Assembly (NCBI GenBank): GCA_004431415.1
Contig: QPMI01000712.1
Location: forward strand, 1 to 64,000
Direction: 5' to 3'
DNA length: 64,000 bases
Origin: Cyanophora paradoxa CCMP329
Taxonomy: Eukaryota > Plantae > Glaucophyta
Positions 1 through 11,394 of the stretch are shown here, piece by piece (the stretch's first letter is position 1; each line of letters starts with the position of its first letter). Both the position numbers and the translations under genes were made by a program. The notes beneath the pieces were generated by a model that had not been told where the DNA came from, searched no databases, and was given only the letters and a program-made list of their open reading frames with translations.

Positions 1-479
1 AGCGGGAGCGGGAGCTCGAGGCGGAGCTGGAGGACCTGGTGCGCGGCGTGTACCCCCCGGCGGACAGCAAGGGGCGGGCCCCCGTGGCGCACCGCTCGGT
101 GCGGGGCGGCCTCCCGCTGGGCGCCGGCGCCGGGGGCGGCTTCTCGAGCATCCCCCTGGGGGCGCTGGGCTCCGCCGCCCGGGGCCGGGGCCGGGGCCCG
201 GGGCGGTGCGGGGGACGAGCCGGGGCTGGGGGCGGGGGAGCTGCTGCTCGACGACCTCGCCGACGACGCTGCCCTCGCCTACCTCCCCGTCCCCAGCCCC
301 CGCCCCGCCCCGCGCCCCACTCCCCGACCACGCCCCGACGCCCCCGCCCCGGGCCCCCGCGAGCCCCCCGCCTTCCCCGTCTCCTCCTCCGCCGGGCCCC
401 GCCGCCCCTGGACCGCCGTCGGGTGACCCCGCCCGCCGGCCGCCTCGCTACCCCGCCTCCGATCGACGCTAGTGCGTAG
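1..479 (+). CDS. 3' part of an unidentified host gene (partial, low complexity)
   Basis: Reads REREL EAELEDLVRGVYPPADSKG... with host-like GC3; composition drops to UTR-like after ~480. Exon structure not resolved. Confidence 0.35.
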   Translation, partial: RERELEAELEDLVRGVYPPADSKGRAPVAHRSVRGGLPLGAGAGGGFSSIPLGALGSAARGRGRGPGRCGGRAGAGGGGAAARRPRRRRCPRLPPRPQPPPRPAPHSPTTPRRPRPGPPRAPRLPRLLLRRAPPPLDRRRVTPPAGRLATPPPIDASA

Positions 480-1468
480 CTGCAGCCACGCTTGCGCTGT
501 GTATGCGTTTAGGTGATGATTGCTAGTCCTAGATCCAGGCCCAAGCCCCGTGCTTGCTGTGCAGTTCTCCTGTTCACGTTCGCTCGCTGGCTAGACGCAC
601 GGTCTGTGTCCCTTAGTCGACCTCAGTCATGAGTTCCAGCACAATTAGTTGTAGTCAGTCCGGCTAGTCCTTAGACTCTTAGTCGCTGCTGGGCGTGTGT
701 ACATGTAGTCGTTGATTGATCTAAACAGCGCTAGCTATGCCTAGCTATAGGCTCTATGATCATTGCCAGCTGCTTCAAATCACCGCTTCAAGCCAAGGCG
801 CCGGCTGCGCGGCGCCGGCGGCGTCCGGCTTCGCCCAAGAGAGTCGCGCGTTTTACATGGGAGGGGGGACCGGACCCGGGCCCGGGCCGGGAACCGAAGC
901 GGCCCGCGGATCGACGTCGACGTCGACCGGATCCGGAGAGCGCGCCGCGCCGGCCGGCGCCGGGCGCCGCGGCGCGCGGCGCCGCATGTATATGCCTGCG
1001 CCGCGCGTACTGCGGCAGCCGATCGCTAGCTATAGCTACGTATACATATACGTGCACGTGCACGCCACGCGTACGTATACGCGTATACGTACGCGTGCGG
1101 TCTCCACTGCTTCTCTCCGCTCGCTGCATTTTGCGCCAGCTACGTGCACACCGCACGCTCAGTGCGCTAGCGCTGCTGTGCACGTACGCGTGGGCCGGGC
1201 CCCGGCCCGGCCCCCCGCATGCGCAGACTCAGCAGCGCAGTGTGCTGTGCACGGGGGGTCTGGGGCCCAGGGGGGTATGAGATCGGGAAACCAACTAACG
1301 AAACGCCCCTGCGACAGCACTGATCACGACACCCCTGCGGCTAGTGACCCCCGCTGACGTGAGACCAGCTCGTGCTCCTCGGGGCCATCGCATTATACGT
1401 TCGTTAGCTATCTGCAGCCCAGAAATCCCCAGAAGCGGCAACACCAGCGAGCACGTGCAGGCGGCGCA

Positions 1469-2986
1469 ATGATGGCCAGTACGACGTCCAGGTCCAACGT
1501 GGCTGTGGTCGATGTCTTCGTGCGTTCTTTTACTGGGCTCTCTTAGGCGTTGCGACCGTTTCTGGGCGCGCCGCGCGCACTGCGCGGCGGCCCGGGGCCG
1601 AAAGAACACAGGCCGCCTGCGCATCCGCGCGCGCGGCTTCCCGGCGCCTCTGACCATTCCTGCGCACTCATTGATCTTATTAACGCCTGTGGCGCAGGAG
1701 AAAGAGGGCGGGGGCCATGGGAACAACGGGCACGTGCCGGCGCTGCCGGACGCGACGAAGCGCTCGCTCCGCATCTGGAACACCGTCGCGGCCGTCGTGC
1801 AGCTGATTACGTCTCTGGCGTGCTTCGGCCTCACTCGGGCGAGGCAGCTGGACAAGCCCTGGCCCATCGTCGGGTGCGCCGGCGCCGCCTCGAGCTTCGA
1901 GATGCGCACGCGCGATCGCGAGCCGACGGGGCGGGGCCAGGACCTTCACGAAGGAATTTTCGCGCAACCGCGCGGAGCTCGTGGCCAAGGGCCTGCAGTT
2001 CGGCCTCCCCGAAGCTAAGAAGGTCACCGACGTTCATGTTGGTGCGAGGCGCTGAGCTTCGATCCGGGGCCCCCGCGCCCTCGCCTGCGCCTCGATTCTA
2101 GCCCTGCTATGAGACCCCCTCGCCCGGCCGGCCTCACCGGGCCGCGCAGGCTACATGAGCGGCCTCTTCCTGCTGCTCTCCTTCCTGAACCACGCGCTCT
2201 GCGCCGCGCCCATCTCCAACGAGCACTACAACCGGTTCGTTCCTGCGCCGCCGGCCGCGTTGCGAGGGCTCACGCGCTCGCCTTCAGCATGATCGCCGGC
2301 GGCGCCAACTACTGGCGGTGCGCATGCGCGAAAACCCTCGCCGGCGCATACCGACAGTTTCCCTGACACACTGTGGGCTGCACGCAGGTGGATCGAGTAC
2401 AGCTTCTCGGCGTCGCTGATGCACGTGATGATCGGCATCCTCTGCGGCATCGCCGACGTCCACACGCTCTTCCTCATCTTCGGCCTTACGCACGTCACGA
2501 TGATCTACGGGGCGACGTTCGAGCGCGACAACGCGGGGCGCTTCGGCATGGGGCCGCGCGTGGCCTGGCTGCACTTCTGGCTCGGCTTCATCCCGCACGC
2601 CTTCAATTGGCTCGTCATCGCGTGCCACTTCTTCCGCAACGTGCGCGTCGGGTCGCCCCCGGGCTTCGTTTGGGCCATCATCTTCATCGGTGCCCCTCCC
2701 CCCCCCCTCACCCACCCCCCCGCGCCACCCGGCGGGGCCCGCGGCCGACGGGGCGGGGGCGGGGGACAGAGTTCATCCTCGACCTCTCCTTCGCCGTCAA
2801 CCTCTGGCTCCAGTGGAAGGGTCCGCCCCCGCCGCCCCCGCCTCGCCGGCGCCCCGGCTCACGGCGGGGCGGGCAGGGGTGGGGAGGTACCGGGAGTACG
2901 CCTTCGGGGAGCTCATGTTCACCGTCCTGAGCCTCAGCGCCAAGCAGCTCCTCGCCTGGATCGCCTTCGGCGGCGCCAACGTCTGA
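1469..2986 (+). CDS. Heliorhodopsin (7TM retinal-binding protein), about 8 exons
   Basis: Spliced exons give LRIWNTVAAVVQL (TM1), LSFLNHAL (TM2), GANYWRWIEYSFSASLM...CGIAD (TM3 with counterion Glu), PPGFVWAII (TM6) and GELMFTVLSLSAKQLLAW (TM7, SLxAK retinal lysine); stop at 2984-2986. Start inferred from ATG 1469 spliced to the acceptor at ~1697. Confidence 0.93.
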
Positions 2987-3501
2987 CCGCCCCGCCCCCG
3001 CACCCGGCCCCGGCCCCGGGCCCGGGCCCCAGCCGGCCCGGCGTAGCTTCCAGGCACCTAGACTATGCGCCGCCGGGCGGCCGCCGGCGTGCATACGTAG
3101 CCCCGGCGTCGCCCCCCCGGCGACCCCGTAGCTTCAGTTACGATTCGCTTATTCGCATTTGTCCGCGCTTTTCACCTTTCATTTCCAAGACAGTTTCACA
3201 AGTACTAGACACCTCTCTATTCACAAACATAGCTAAACTAAGCTTAAACGTAGCTGTCTATGGCTATCTTATGCATACTATACTTCTCTATAGCTGTACA
3301 TGTGCAAGGGTACTTGTACGAAATGTAGCAACAGCGAATGCAGGAATGATGTAGCGGTTAGGAAAGTGGCGTCACTGGGCGCAGTATAAGAGGATCACGG
3401 GGTACGGTTAGCGGCAGGCGCAGGGGCAGTGGCGGAGATCGATCGTAGGAGGGGAGGGCGATTGCGGGGGCGGGCCTTGGGGCGCGGGCCTGGGGGCGGG
3501 G

Positions 3502-5529
3502 CTAGGGGAGGGCGTGCTGCTGGAAGAAGCGCCAGATGTCGGGCTCGCGGGCGGCCTCGTAGCGGTGCGCCACGCCCGGCGCCAGCACAAACTCCACCTC
3601 CCACCCCGCCCCCTTCAACACACGCTCCGCCGCCCTGCGCCCCCGCCCGCCCCCCGCGCCTCAGCGGACGGCTCGGGGGTGCGGGGTGGAAGAAGAGGGG
3701 CGGGCCGGCAGTAGCCCATCATGCCGCGGTCCTGGTCGCCGATGACGATGAGGGTCGGCACCTTCCGCGCCGCCGCCTCCGGCACGAAGTTCCCCTCTGC
3801 ACCCCCCCGCCCCCTCGTCACCGGCCGGGGGGGGAAGGGGGTGGGGGTGGGGCAGGAGGGTGGGAGGGGGGAGGGGGAGGGATGCGGAGGCGGGTGGGAC
3901 CTCAGTACCCCTGCGCACGTCTCACGGCCGGGAGGGGTTTCGCGGCCGGCGCCCCTCTTTGGGGATGCGCTCGGCCCCCCTCGCGGCTCCGTGCGGGTCT
4001 CTCGTCACAGGTCCCCCACCGCCCACGGCCCGGCCTCCGGCTATCTTGCCCCGGCCCCGGGCCCCGCCCCGGCCCCGGCAGACGGGGCACCTTCCATCCA
4101 GCCGCCTGAATCGGGCGTCAGGGGCCGCCGAGCTCGAGCAGGCCGCCGGGGCGGAAGCCCAGGGCGGCCGGGGGCGCACCCATGTAGTTGCAGACGGCGG
4201 CGAAGCGCTGCGAGAAGTAGACCGCCACCTGCGCCCGCCCCCGAATGGCCCGCCTCAGGGCGCAGCGGAGGGCGGGCGGGGCGGGGCGGGCGCGCGTTGG
4301 AGACGAAGAGGCCGCCGTTGGAGATGCCGACGGCGAAGGTGCGGCGGGGGTCCGCAACGCGCCCCGAGGGCCGCAGCGCCGCGTCGACGTCGGCGAGCAC
4401 CGCGTGCACGTAGTGCAGGTCCGCCATCGACCAGAAGTCCCAGTGCGTCGCGAAGAACATCGTCTGCGAGGGCGTCAGGCGGCGGCCGGGCGGGGCGAGG
4501 GCGGGGCGAGGGGGGGGCTGGGGCGGGGCTGGCGTGCCTGGGACTGGGGGAAGGCGGCGACGAGGCCGTGCGTCTCCGCCATCGCGCACCACGTCGTCTC
4601 GTTCAGCGCCTGCCCCCGCGCCAGCCCGCCCCGCGCCCCGCTCACGCCGCCGCCCCGCGCGCCGCCGGGGCGGGGCGGGGCGGGGCGGGGCCGGCGCACC
4701 GCCCAGTACATGTCGACGTTCATCTGCGGCGGAACAGGCTCGGTGGGCCGGGGCCGGGCCGGGCGGGGCGGTGCCGGGCGGGGCGGGGCGCGGATTGGGC
4801 GCACGCCGTGAAAGACGAGGACGAGGGGCACCGGCTCCAGCTTCTCGGCCCCCGCCTTCCCCTCCTTCGCCCCCGCCGCCCCCTCCTTCCCCACCGCCGG
4901 CATCTCCCCCATCTGCCCGCCCTCGCTGAGCCCCGCGCGACGGGGCGCCGACGCGGCGGGGCGGCGGGAGAGGGGCGGCGGGCGCACGGCCTGGGGGAGG
5001 TAGAGCAGGTACTCGCGCTCGTACTCGCTCGTACGCAGCGCAAGCCGCGACGTGGACGCCGCCTTCAGCCCTGCCCGCCCCACCCCGCCCCGCCCGGCTC
5101 CGCGTCGGGGACCCGGTTCACCGTGCGCCGTGGAGCGCGCTGCTTCGCACCTGTGCCTTGCGGCATGGGTCGGGCGGCCATGTCCGGCTCCAGCGGCGCG
5201 CTGAAGAAGCTCATCACGGGCTTCTCGGGGATGGGCTCAAGCGCCGGCGGCTTCGGCCGCTCCCGCTCGGCCCTTGGCGGCGGCCCGGGCTCGCGCTGGG
5301 GCGACTTCTTCGACCCGTCGTCCGCTGGCGCCATCGGCGGGAGCTTGGGGCCTTGCTGCCCATCGGGCGCGGCGACGAGGCTCGGATCAGGCCCCGCGGC
5401 CTCGGCGCGGCGGGATCGGAGGAGGTAGAGCAGCACCAGCGATCCCGCGACGAGCAGCGACGAAATCGCAACCGTCCGCGGCGAAGAACGCCGCGGCCCG
5501 TGCGCGTGCCCGCGCGCCGTGTGCTGCAT
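3502..5529 (-). CDS. Alpha/beta-hydrolase, LpqC / PHB-depolymerase-like esterase with N-terminal membrane anchor; intron-containing
   Basis: Exons give REYLLYLP, PLVLVFHG, WCAMAETHGLVAAFPQS, DPRRTFAVGISNGG (GxSxG nucleophile), PTLIVIGDQD, GVAH and DIWRFFQQHALP*; hydrophobic ISSLLVAGSLVLLYLL near the N-terminus. Confidence 0.85.
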
Positions 5530-5660
5530 CGCTGGGGGCGAGGGGCACTGCTGGCCGCTATCGCATCGTAGAATCGTGTAGCCCCCCAGAAGCAGGTTTC
5601 CCGCGGCGGTCCTCTGCGATGGTGCGGCACCACCGAAGGCGTCTCCGCTCTGTCGACGCG

Positions 5661-8600
5661 ATGTGGATACGAGCTGATGCCGTTCCGCAGTACGAGCCCG
5701 GCGGGGAGAGGTCCGGCAGCCTGCGCGAGTCGCGCGAGAGGCTCGAGCGCGACTTGATGGACATACGTGCTGCAACGCGCGCGACCTCCTATTCGCCGCT
5801 GAGGTTTGCCCGCGCGCCTCAATTCGTCGTTGGACGCCACGCGGCTACGAAGTTTGAACTTGGGTCGGCCCTCCTGCCGCAGGCGGGCCGAGGAGTCCGG
5901 TATTCGGCCCTCGTCTTTCGATCTTGGCGGGTTGCGTGCCTCTACGTCGTCAGACACCGGCGCCTGGGTCACGCTGGAAGAGGGCACCGCTTTCCGACCC
6001 GTGCGCAAGCGCCCAGCCCTCGGCGCGGATGGCGCTGTTTTCCTGGGCCGCTTGAAGGATTGGTTGCATCTCTGAGCCGGCGGCGTGCAGCGGGATCTCT
6101 CCTCCGGAGTCAGTCGGAGCCTCGGGGCCTTGCCCGTGCCGGCCGTGGAGGACCCCGGGCGCAATGATCATATCGGGGACGTGCTGTGCGTCCAATTTTC
6201 TTTTTTGTCTCTTAAGGCGCTCACGGGGGCGGGCAGGCTGATCAACGAGATCCGGGCGCTGCGGAGCAAGCTGGAGGAGCAGGCGGTGAACAACGCGAAC
6301 CGGCTGGCGCGGCAGGAGGAGGAGCACGCGCGCGTCGTGCAGCAGCTCTGCCGCGACCACCAGGAGCGCGAGCGCGCCATCCGCGAGGCCGCCAGGGCCG
6401 ACATCGAGGCCGTGCGCCGCAGCCAGGCGCGCCCCGGCGTGCGGGGGCCGACGCGGGGCGGGGCAGATGGAGGCGCGGTTCAAGGAGGACCGGGCGCGGA
6501 TGGAGCGGATGGTGCGGGAGACGGAGGGCGCGCTGCGCTCCTCCACAGAGGACCGCGAGACGTTTCGCGCCGCCATCGAGTCGCGCCACGCCGAGAGCAC
6601 CGCCCGCCTCCTCAAGGCGCGCCGCTTCCCGCCCCGCGAACCCGGCGTGGCTGACGGGGCGGGCAGGACGCGGAGGCTGAGATCTCCGAGCTGCGGACGC
6701 GCCTCGCGGAGGCGGAGTCGGCGCGCTCGCGGGAGAAGTCCAACTACTCGGCCCAGCTCCAGCTCCTCGAGTCCCGCCTCTCGGACATGTGCGGCGCCGC
6801 GCGCGGCCCCGCGCGGGGGGCCGGGGGCGAGCGGGCGGGGTGGGGCGCAGGCGGCTGCAGGTGGAGCGGCTGCAGTCGAGCGAGGCGGCGTGGGAGGCGT
6901 CGCGGGCGGCGGAACGCGAGCGGGAGCGGAGCGAGGCGCGGGCGATCGAGGGGGACCTCTCGCGGGCCGTCGACACGCTCTCGAAGGAGGCGGAGCTGCG
7001 GCGCGAGCTCGAAGCGGCCAACGCGTCGCTCGCGGAGAAGCTCGCGTCGGAGCGGCAGGCGCGGGCGCGGGCGGAGCAGCGGGCCGGGGACCTGCTGGAC
7101 GCGGCGGCGCGGGACCGCGAGGCCTCCGCCACGTCGGAGCGCGAGCGCAAGCGCCTCGCCGAGGAGCTCCACGCCGCCGAGGCCGCCCGCCGCCTCCTCG
7201 AGGTCCGCGGGGCCCGCCCCGGCCGGGCCGGGCACCCGGGGGCCGACGCGCGGGGCCGGCAGGTGCAGCTGCGGGACGCGACGGACGCGGCGCGGCAGGC
7301 GCAGGTCGAGTCGCGGGTCGCGGAGGAGGAGCGCCGCGCCGCCTCGCAGCGCGCGCGCGAGCTCGAGGGCGGCGCCGCCGAGCTGCTGGCGGTGCGGCGC
7401 GAGGCGGCGCAGCTGACGGCGGCCGTCGCCGCGGAGCGGGAGATGCGGCAGCAGGCCGAGCAGTTGCTCGCCGAGGCCCGCGGGGCCCTCGCCGGCGAGC
7501 GCGAGTCCGGCCGCGCGCAGAGCGGCAAGCTCCAGGAGCAGCTGCAGAGCGTCCAGGACGAGACCTCGCGGTGCGGGGCCTCGCCCCCACCTCGCCCCGC
7601 CCCGCCCCGCGCCGCCGGCCGAGCCGCCGGGCAGGCTGCTGCGGGAGGCGAACGCGCGGGCGGAGCGGGAGGCGGTGCGGGCGCGGGAGGCGTCGGAGCG
7701 GCTGGCGGCGCAGGCGGGGGCGGCGGAGGCGCTGCGCGTGCAGCTGGACATCCTGCAGCAGGACCTCGCGAACATGAAGGCGCAGCGCGAGCTCGAGCGC
7801 ATCAAGCTCGAGCAGAGCGAGGCCCTCGAGCGCGAGCTCGCCAAGCTCAAGGCCGACTACGCGCGCCTCGTGGAGAGCCTGCAGGGCGACCGGGAGAGCT
7901 ACAAGGCGAGCCTGCTCGTCTACCAGCGGCAGCTCGACGAGCAGCTCACCGACATGAGCGCCAAGATCCGCGCCGCGGAGGAGGCGGTGCGCGCCCGCCG
8001 CCCCTCGCGCCGCGCCGCGCGCCGCCGACGGGGCGGGGCCGGTGGCAGCACGCGCGGGAGGCGGCGTCGCGGCAGGAGCGGGAGCGGCTGGCGGAGGAGC
8101 AGGAGCAGCAGCTGGCGGAGGCCGTGCAGCGGCTCGCGCGCGCCGAGGAGGCCCTCGAGGCGGCCGAGCGGCGCGCCCGCCACGCCGACGCCGAGCGCGG
8201 CTCGCTCGCCCGCGAGCTCGACGCCATCCGCCGCGAGCGCGAGGCCGCCGTCTCCGACCGGTCCGCCCGCCCCGCCCCGCCCCGCGGCTGGCCCCTCTGA
8301 GGGGCGGGGCGCGCAGGGACGCGGCGCTGGCGCGGACGGCGGGGCGGGCGAGCGCGCTGGAGGCGGAGCTCGAGGCGCTGCGGCGCGAGAAGGAGCGCCT
8401 CGCGATGGACGCCGCCGTCACCGAGGCGCAGCGCATGCGCATGAGCCAGAGCGAGACGGAGCTCGCCACGCTGCGCGCCGAGCGCGAGCGCTTCAGCGCC
8501 GACCGCGCCGCCATCGCGGCCGAGCTGCGGCGGCAGCTCGAGGAGGTCGAGGCGGCGCTGGCGGAGGTGCGCGCCGAGAACGAGCGCTTGGCGGCGGAGC

Positions 8601-11394
8601 GCGACGAGGTCGCCGGGGAGCTGCGCCGGGAGCGCGAGCGCGGCTCGGGGCGGGCGGACGAGTTCGTGGCGGCGCGGCAGGAGGCGCGGCGCGAGGTGGA
8701 GACGCTGCAGGCGCGGCTCGACAACGAGCGCGCGCAGCTCGCCCAGCTCCTCGCCGAGGCCCGCGACACCGCCGCCGCCGCCGCCCAGCGCGCCGACCGC
8801 GCCGAGGACCTCCTCGCCGCCCTCCGCGCCGAGATGGGCGGTGCGCGCCGCCCCGGGCCCCGCCCTTCCCGCGCCGCGCCGCGCCGGGCCGGGCGGGGGC
8901 GAGCGGGGCGGGGCGGGGCGCAGAGACGCGGGAGGCGCACGAGCGGCTGGCGGAGCTGGAGGGGACGGTGCGGGCGCTGGGGCAGGAGAAGGCCGCCCTC
9001 GCCGAGCGCTTCGCCCGCGAGCAGGCCCTCTGGACGGTGCCCCGCCCCCGCCCCCAGCGCCGGCGCCCCGGACCGGAAGCCGAGGGGCGGGGGCGGCAGA
9101 GCGCGAAGGAGGACCTGACGAAGATCGCGGACAACTACCGGCAGCTGCTGGACAAGGAGGCGGAGAAGGGGAAGCGGCTGCAGGGGGAGGCGCTGGCCCT
9201 CGAGGAGCGCGCCGCCCGCGCCGACGAGGAGGCCCGCGAGGCCCGCGGCCGCGCCGCCGCGCTGCAGGAGGAGCTGCGGCGGCGCGAGGCGAGCGGGGAG
9301 GAGTACAAGCGCGAGGTGGAGCGCGAGGTGGCGGCCATCGACGCGCACCTGAAGCTCGAGGCGGAGCAGCGGCGCCTCGTCGAGGAGGCGCACCGGCGGC
9401 AGGTGGAGGAGCTGCAGGAGCAGCTGCGGGGCCAGGCGGAGGCGATCCGGGGGGCGTACGGGCGGGAGGTGGCGGCGCTGGGGGAGCAGCTGGAGCGGGA
9501 GCGGGGCCACGGGCGGGCGATCGAGCGGGCGCACACGGAGCAGGTCCGCGAGCTCCAGCACCAGCTCCGCCTCCTCCGCGACCAGGCCCGCCCCGCCCCG
9601 CCCGCCCCGCCCCGCGGCGGCTGACGCGGCGGGTCGGGGCGCAGGCGGCGGGGATGTCGGCGGCGGACCGCACGGCCTCCCTCGCCGCCTCCGCCGCCGC
9701 CTCCCTCCGCCACTCCCTCGACGCTGGCACCGGCGCCGCTGCGAGCGGGGCGGCGGGCGGGGCGGCGGGCGGGGCGGAGGCGGGGCTGGGGCGATGCGGG
9801 TGGCGTACCAGCAGGAGGTGGAGGGCCTGCGGCGGGCGCTGCAGCTGCAGCGGGACCACAACGAGCGCCTCACCGAAGAGCTCCGCTCCCTCTGCGACGA
9901 GGTCGCCGCCGCTCCGCCGCCCCGCCGCCCGCCCCGACCCCGTACCCGGCCCTCCGGCGCCTCCTCCGCGCCCCGCGCCGCCTCCCGGCCCTCGTCCCGC
10001 CCTCGCGGCCTCCTCGGCCGGCGCGGCGGCGCAGGCGGCGAGCTCGCCGGAGGGCCCGACGCCGCGGGGCGGGGCGGGCTCGGCGGGGGCGAGCCCGACG
10101 CTGCACCGGACGCGGGAGTTCGCGACGCTGCCGGCGGCGGGGGGCCGCGGCGGGGCCCGAGCGAGGCGGGGGAGATCTACTCGGACCGCGCCACGCGGGC
10201 CCCCGAGGAGAGCGCCCTCGCCGACGACGACGACGAGGACGAGGAGGACGAGGAGGGGTACACCACGGAGGGCAGCTACGGCCCCGGCGGCGCGTCGGGG
10301 GCGGGCGGGGCGGGCCGGCGGGGCCTCCGTGTGGGCGGGGTGGAGCCGGAGGACCTGCGCTGGCCCTCCGCCCCGCCGCCTCCAACCCCGCCTCGGACGC
10401 CCGGCGGCGGCGGCGGCGGCGGAGTCGGGGCCGGAGGCGGCGGGCCCGGCGCGGGCCCGCTGGCGGCGGCGGCGGGTGACGTGCTGGCGGCGCTGCGGTC
10501 GATGCGGGAGGAGATCGACGCGCTGCGGCGGAGCGGGGCGGCGCGGGAGGCGGTGCTGCGGCGGGCGTACGAGGAGGAGCTGGCGGGGGCGGCGGCGGCT
10601 CGGACGGAGCTGGAGGAGCGGCTGCAGCAGCAGGCGGAGCGGTACGAGCTCGTGAAGGACATCGCCCTGCGCCGCGGGCAGCAGGCCGCCGACCTCAACG
10701 CCATGCTCGTGCGGCCCCCGCCCCGCCCCAGCCCCGCCCCGGCCCCCGCCCGACCCAGGCCCCGCCAGCTCTCTCGCGCCGAGCACGAGGCCCTGGGCGA
10801 CGAGAGGCGCTCCTACAGCCCGCCCGCCACCCGCCCGCGCCCGCCGCGGCGCCCTCCTCGCCGGGCACGGGCGCGCGGCGGCCGGCGGCGGGGCGGGCGC
10901 AGGGCGCGCGGATCGTGGTGGAGGTGCCGACGGGGGCGGCGGGGGCGGCGGGGCGGGCGGGGCGGGCGACCCCGAGGCGCTGCGGGCCTTCCTCGCCCGC
11001 CTCGAGGCAGAGGGGCGCCTTCCCGGCGCCCCGAGGCCGCCCCGCCCCGCCCGGCCCACGCCGGCCCCGCCGCCCCCGCTCCGCCCACAAGGGCACCCCG
11101 CGCCGGCCCCGTCGCCGGCCGCGGCGGCGGCCCCGAGCTCCCGGGCCCGGCCGAGCGCAAGGCGCGCCGCCCGGAGAAGGCGGCGGCGGCGGGGGCCAAG
11201 GAGGCCGGCGTGGCGGCGGGAACGGCGCGGTGCGCGGCGGGGCGTGCGCGCGGGGCCGGCAGCGCTCGCTCTCGGTGGGCGGCGGCGCCGAGGCGGCGTC
11301 GCCGAAGAAGAAGGGCAAGGCGGGGGCGGGGGGCACCCCCGCCCCCGCCGCCGCCTCCAAGAAGCCGGCAGCCAAGGCCCGCAAGGCCCTGTGA
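5661..11394 (+). CDS. Large coiled-coil protein of unknown function (>1,400 aa, more than 12 short introns)
   Basis: E/R/A/L/Q-rich heptad exons join in frame across 40-90-bp introns (e.g. RRSQ|MEARF, RLLK|DAEAEI); acidic DDDDEDEEDEE tract; basic tail ending KARKAL*. Divergent from the esterase gene across ~130 bp. Confidence 0.8.
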
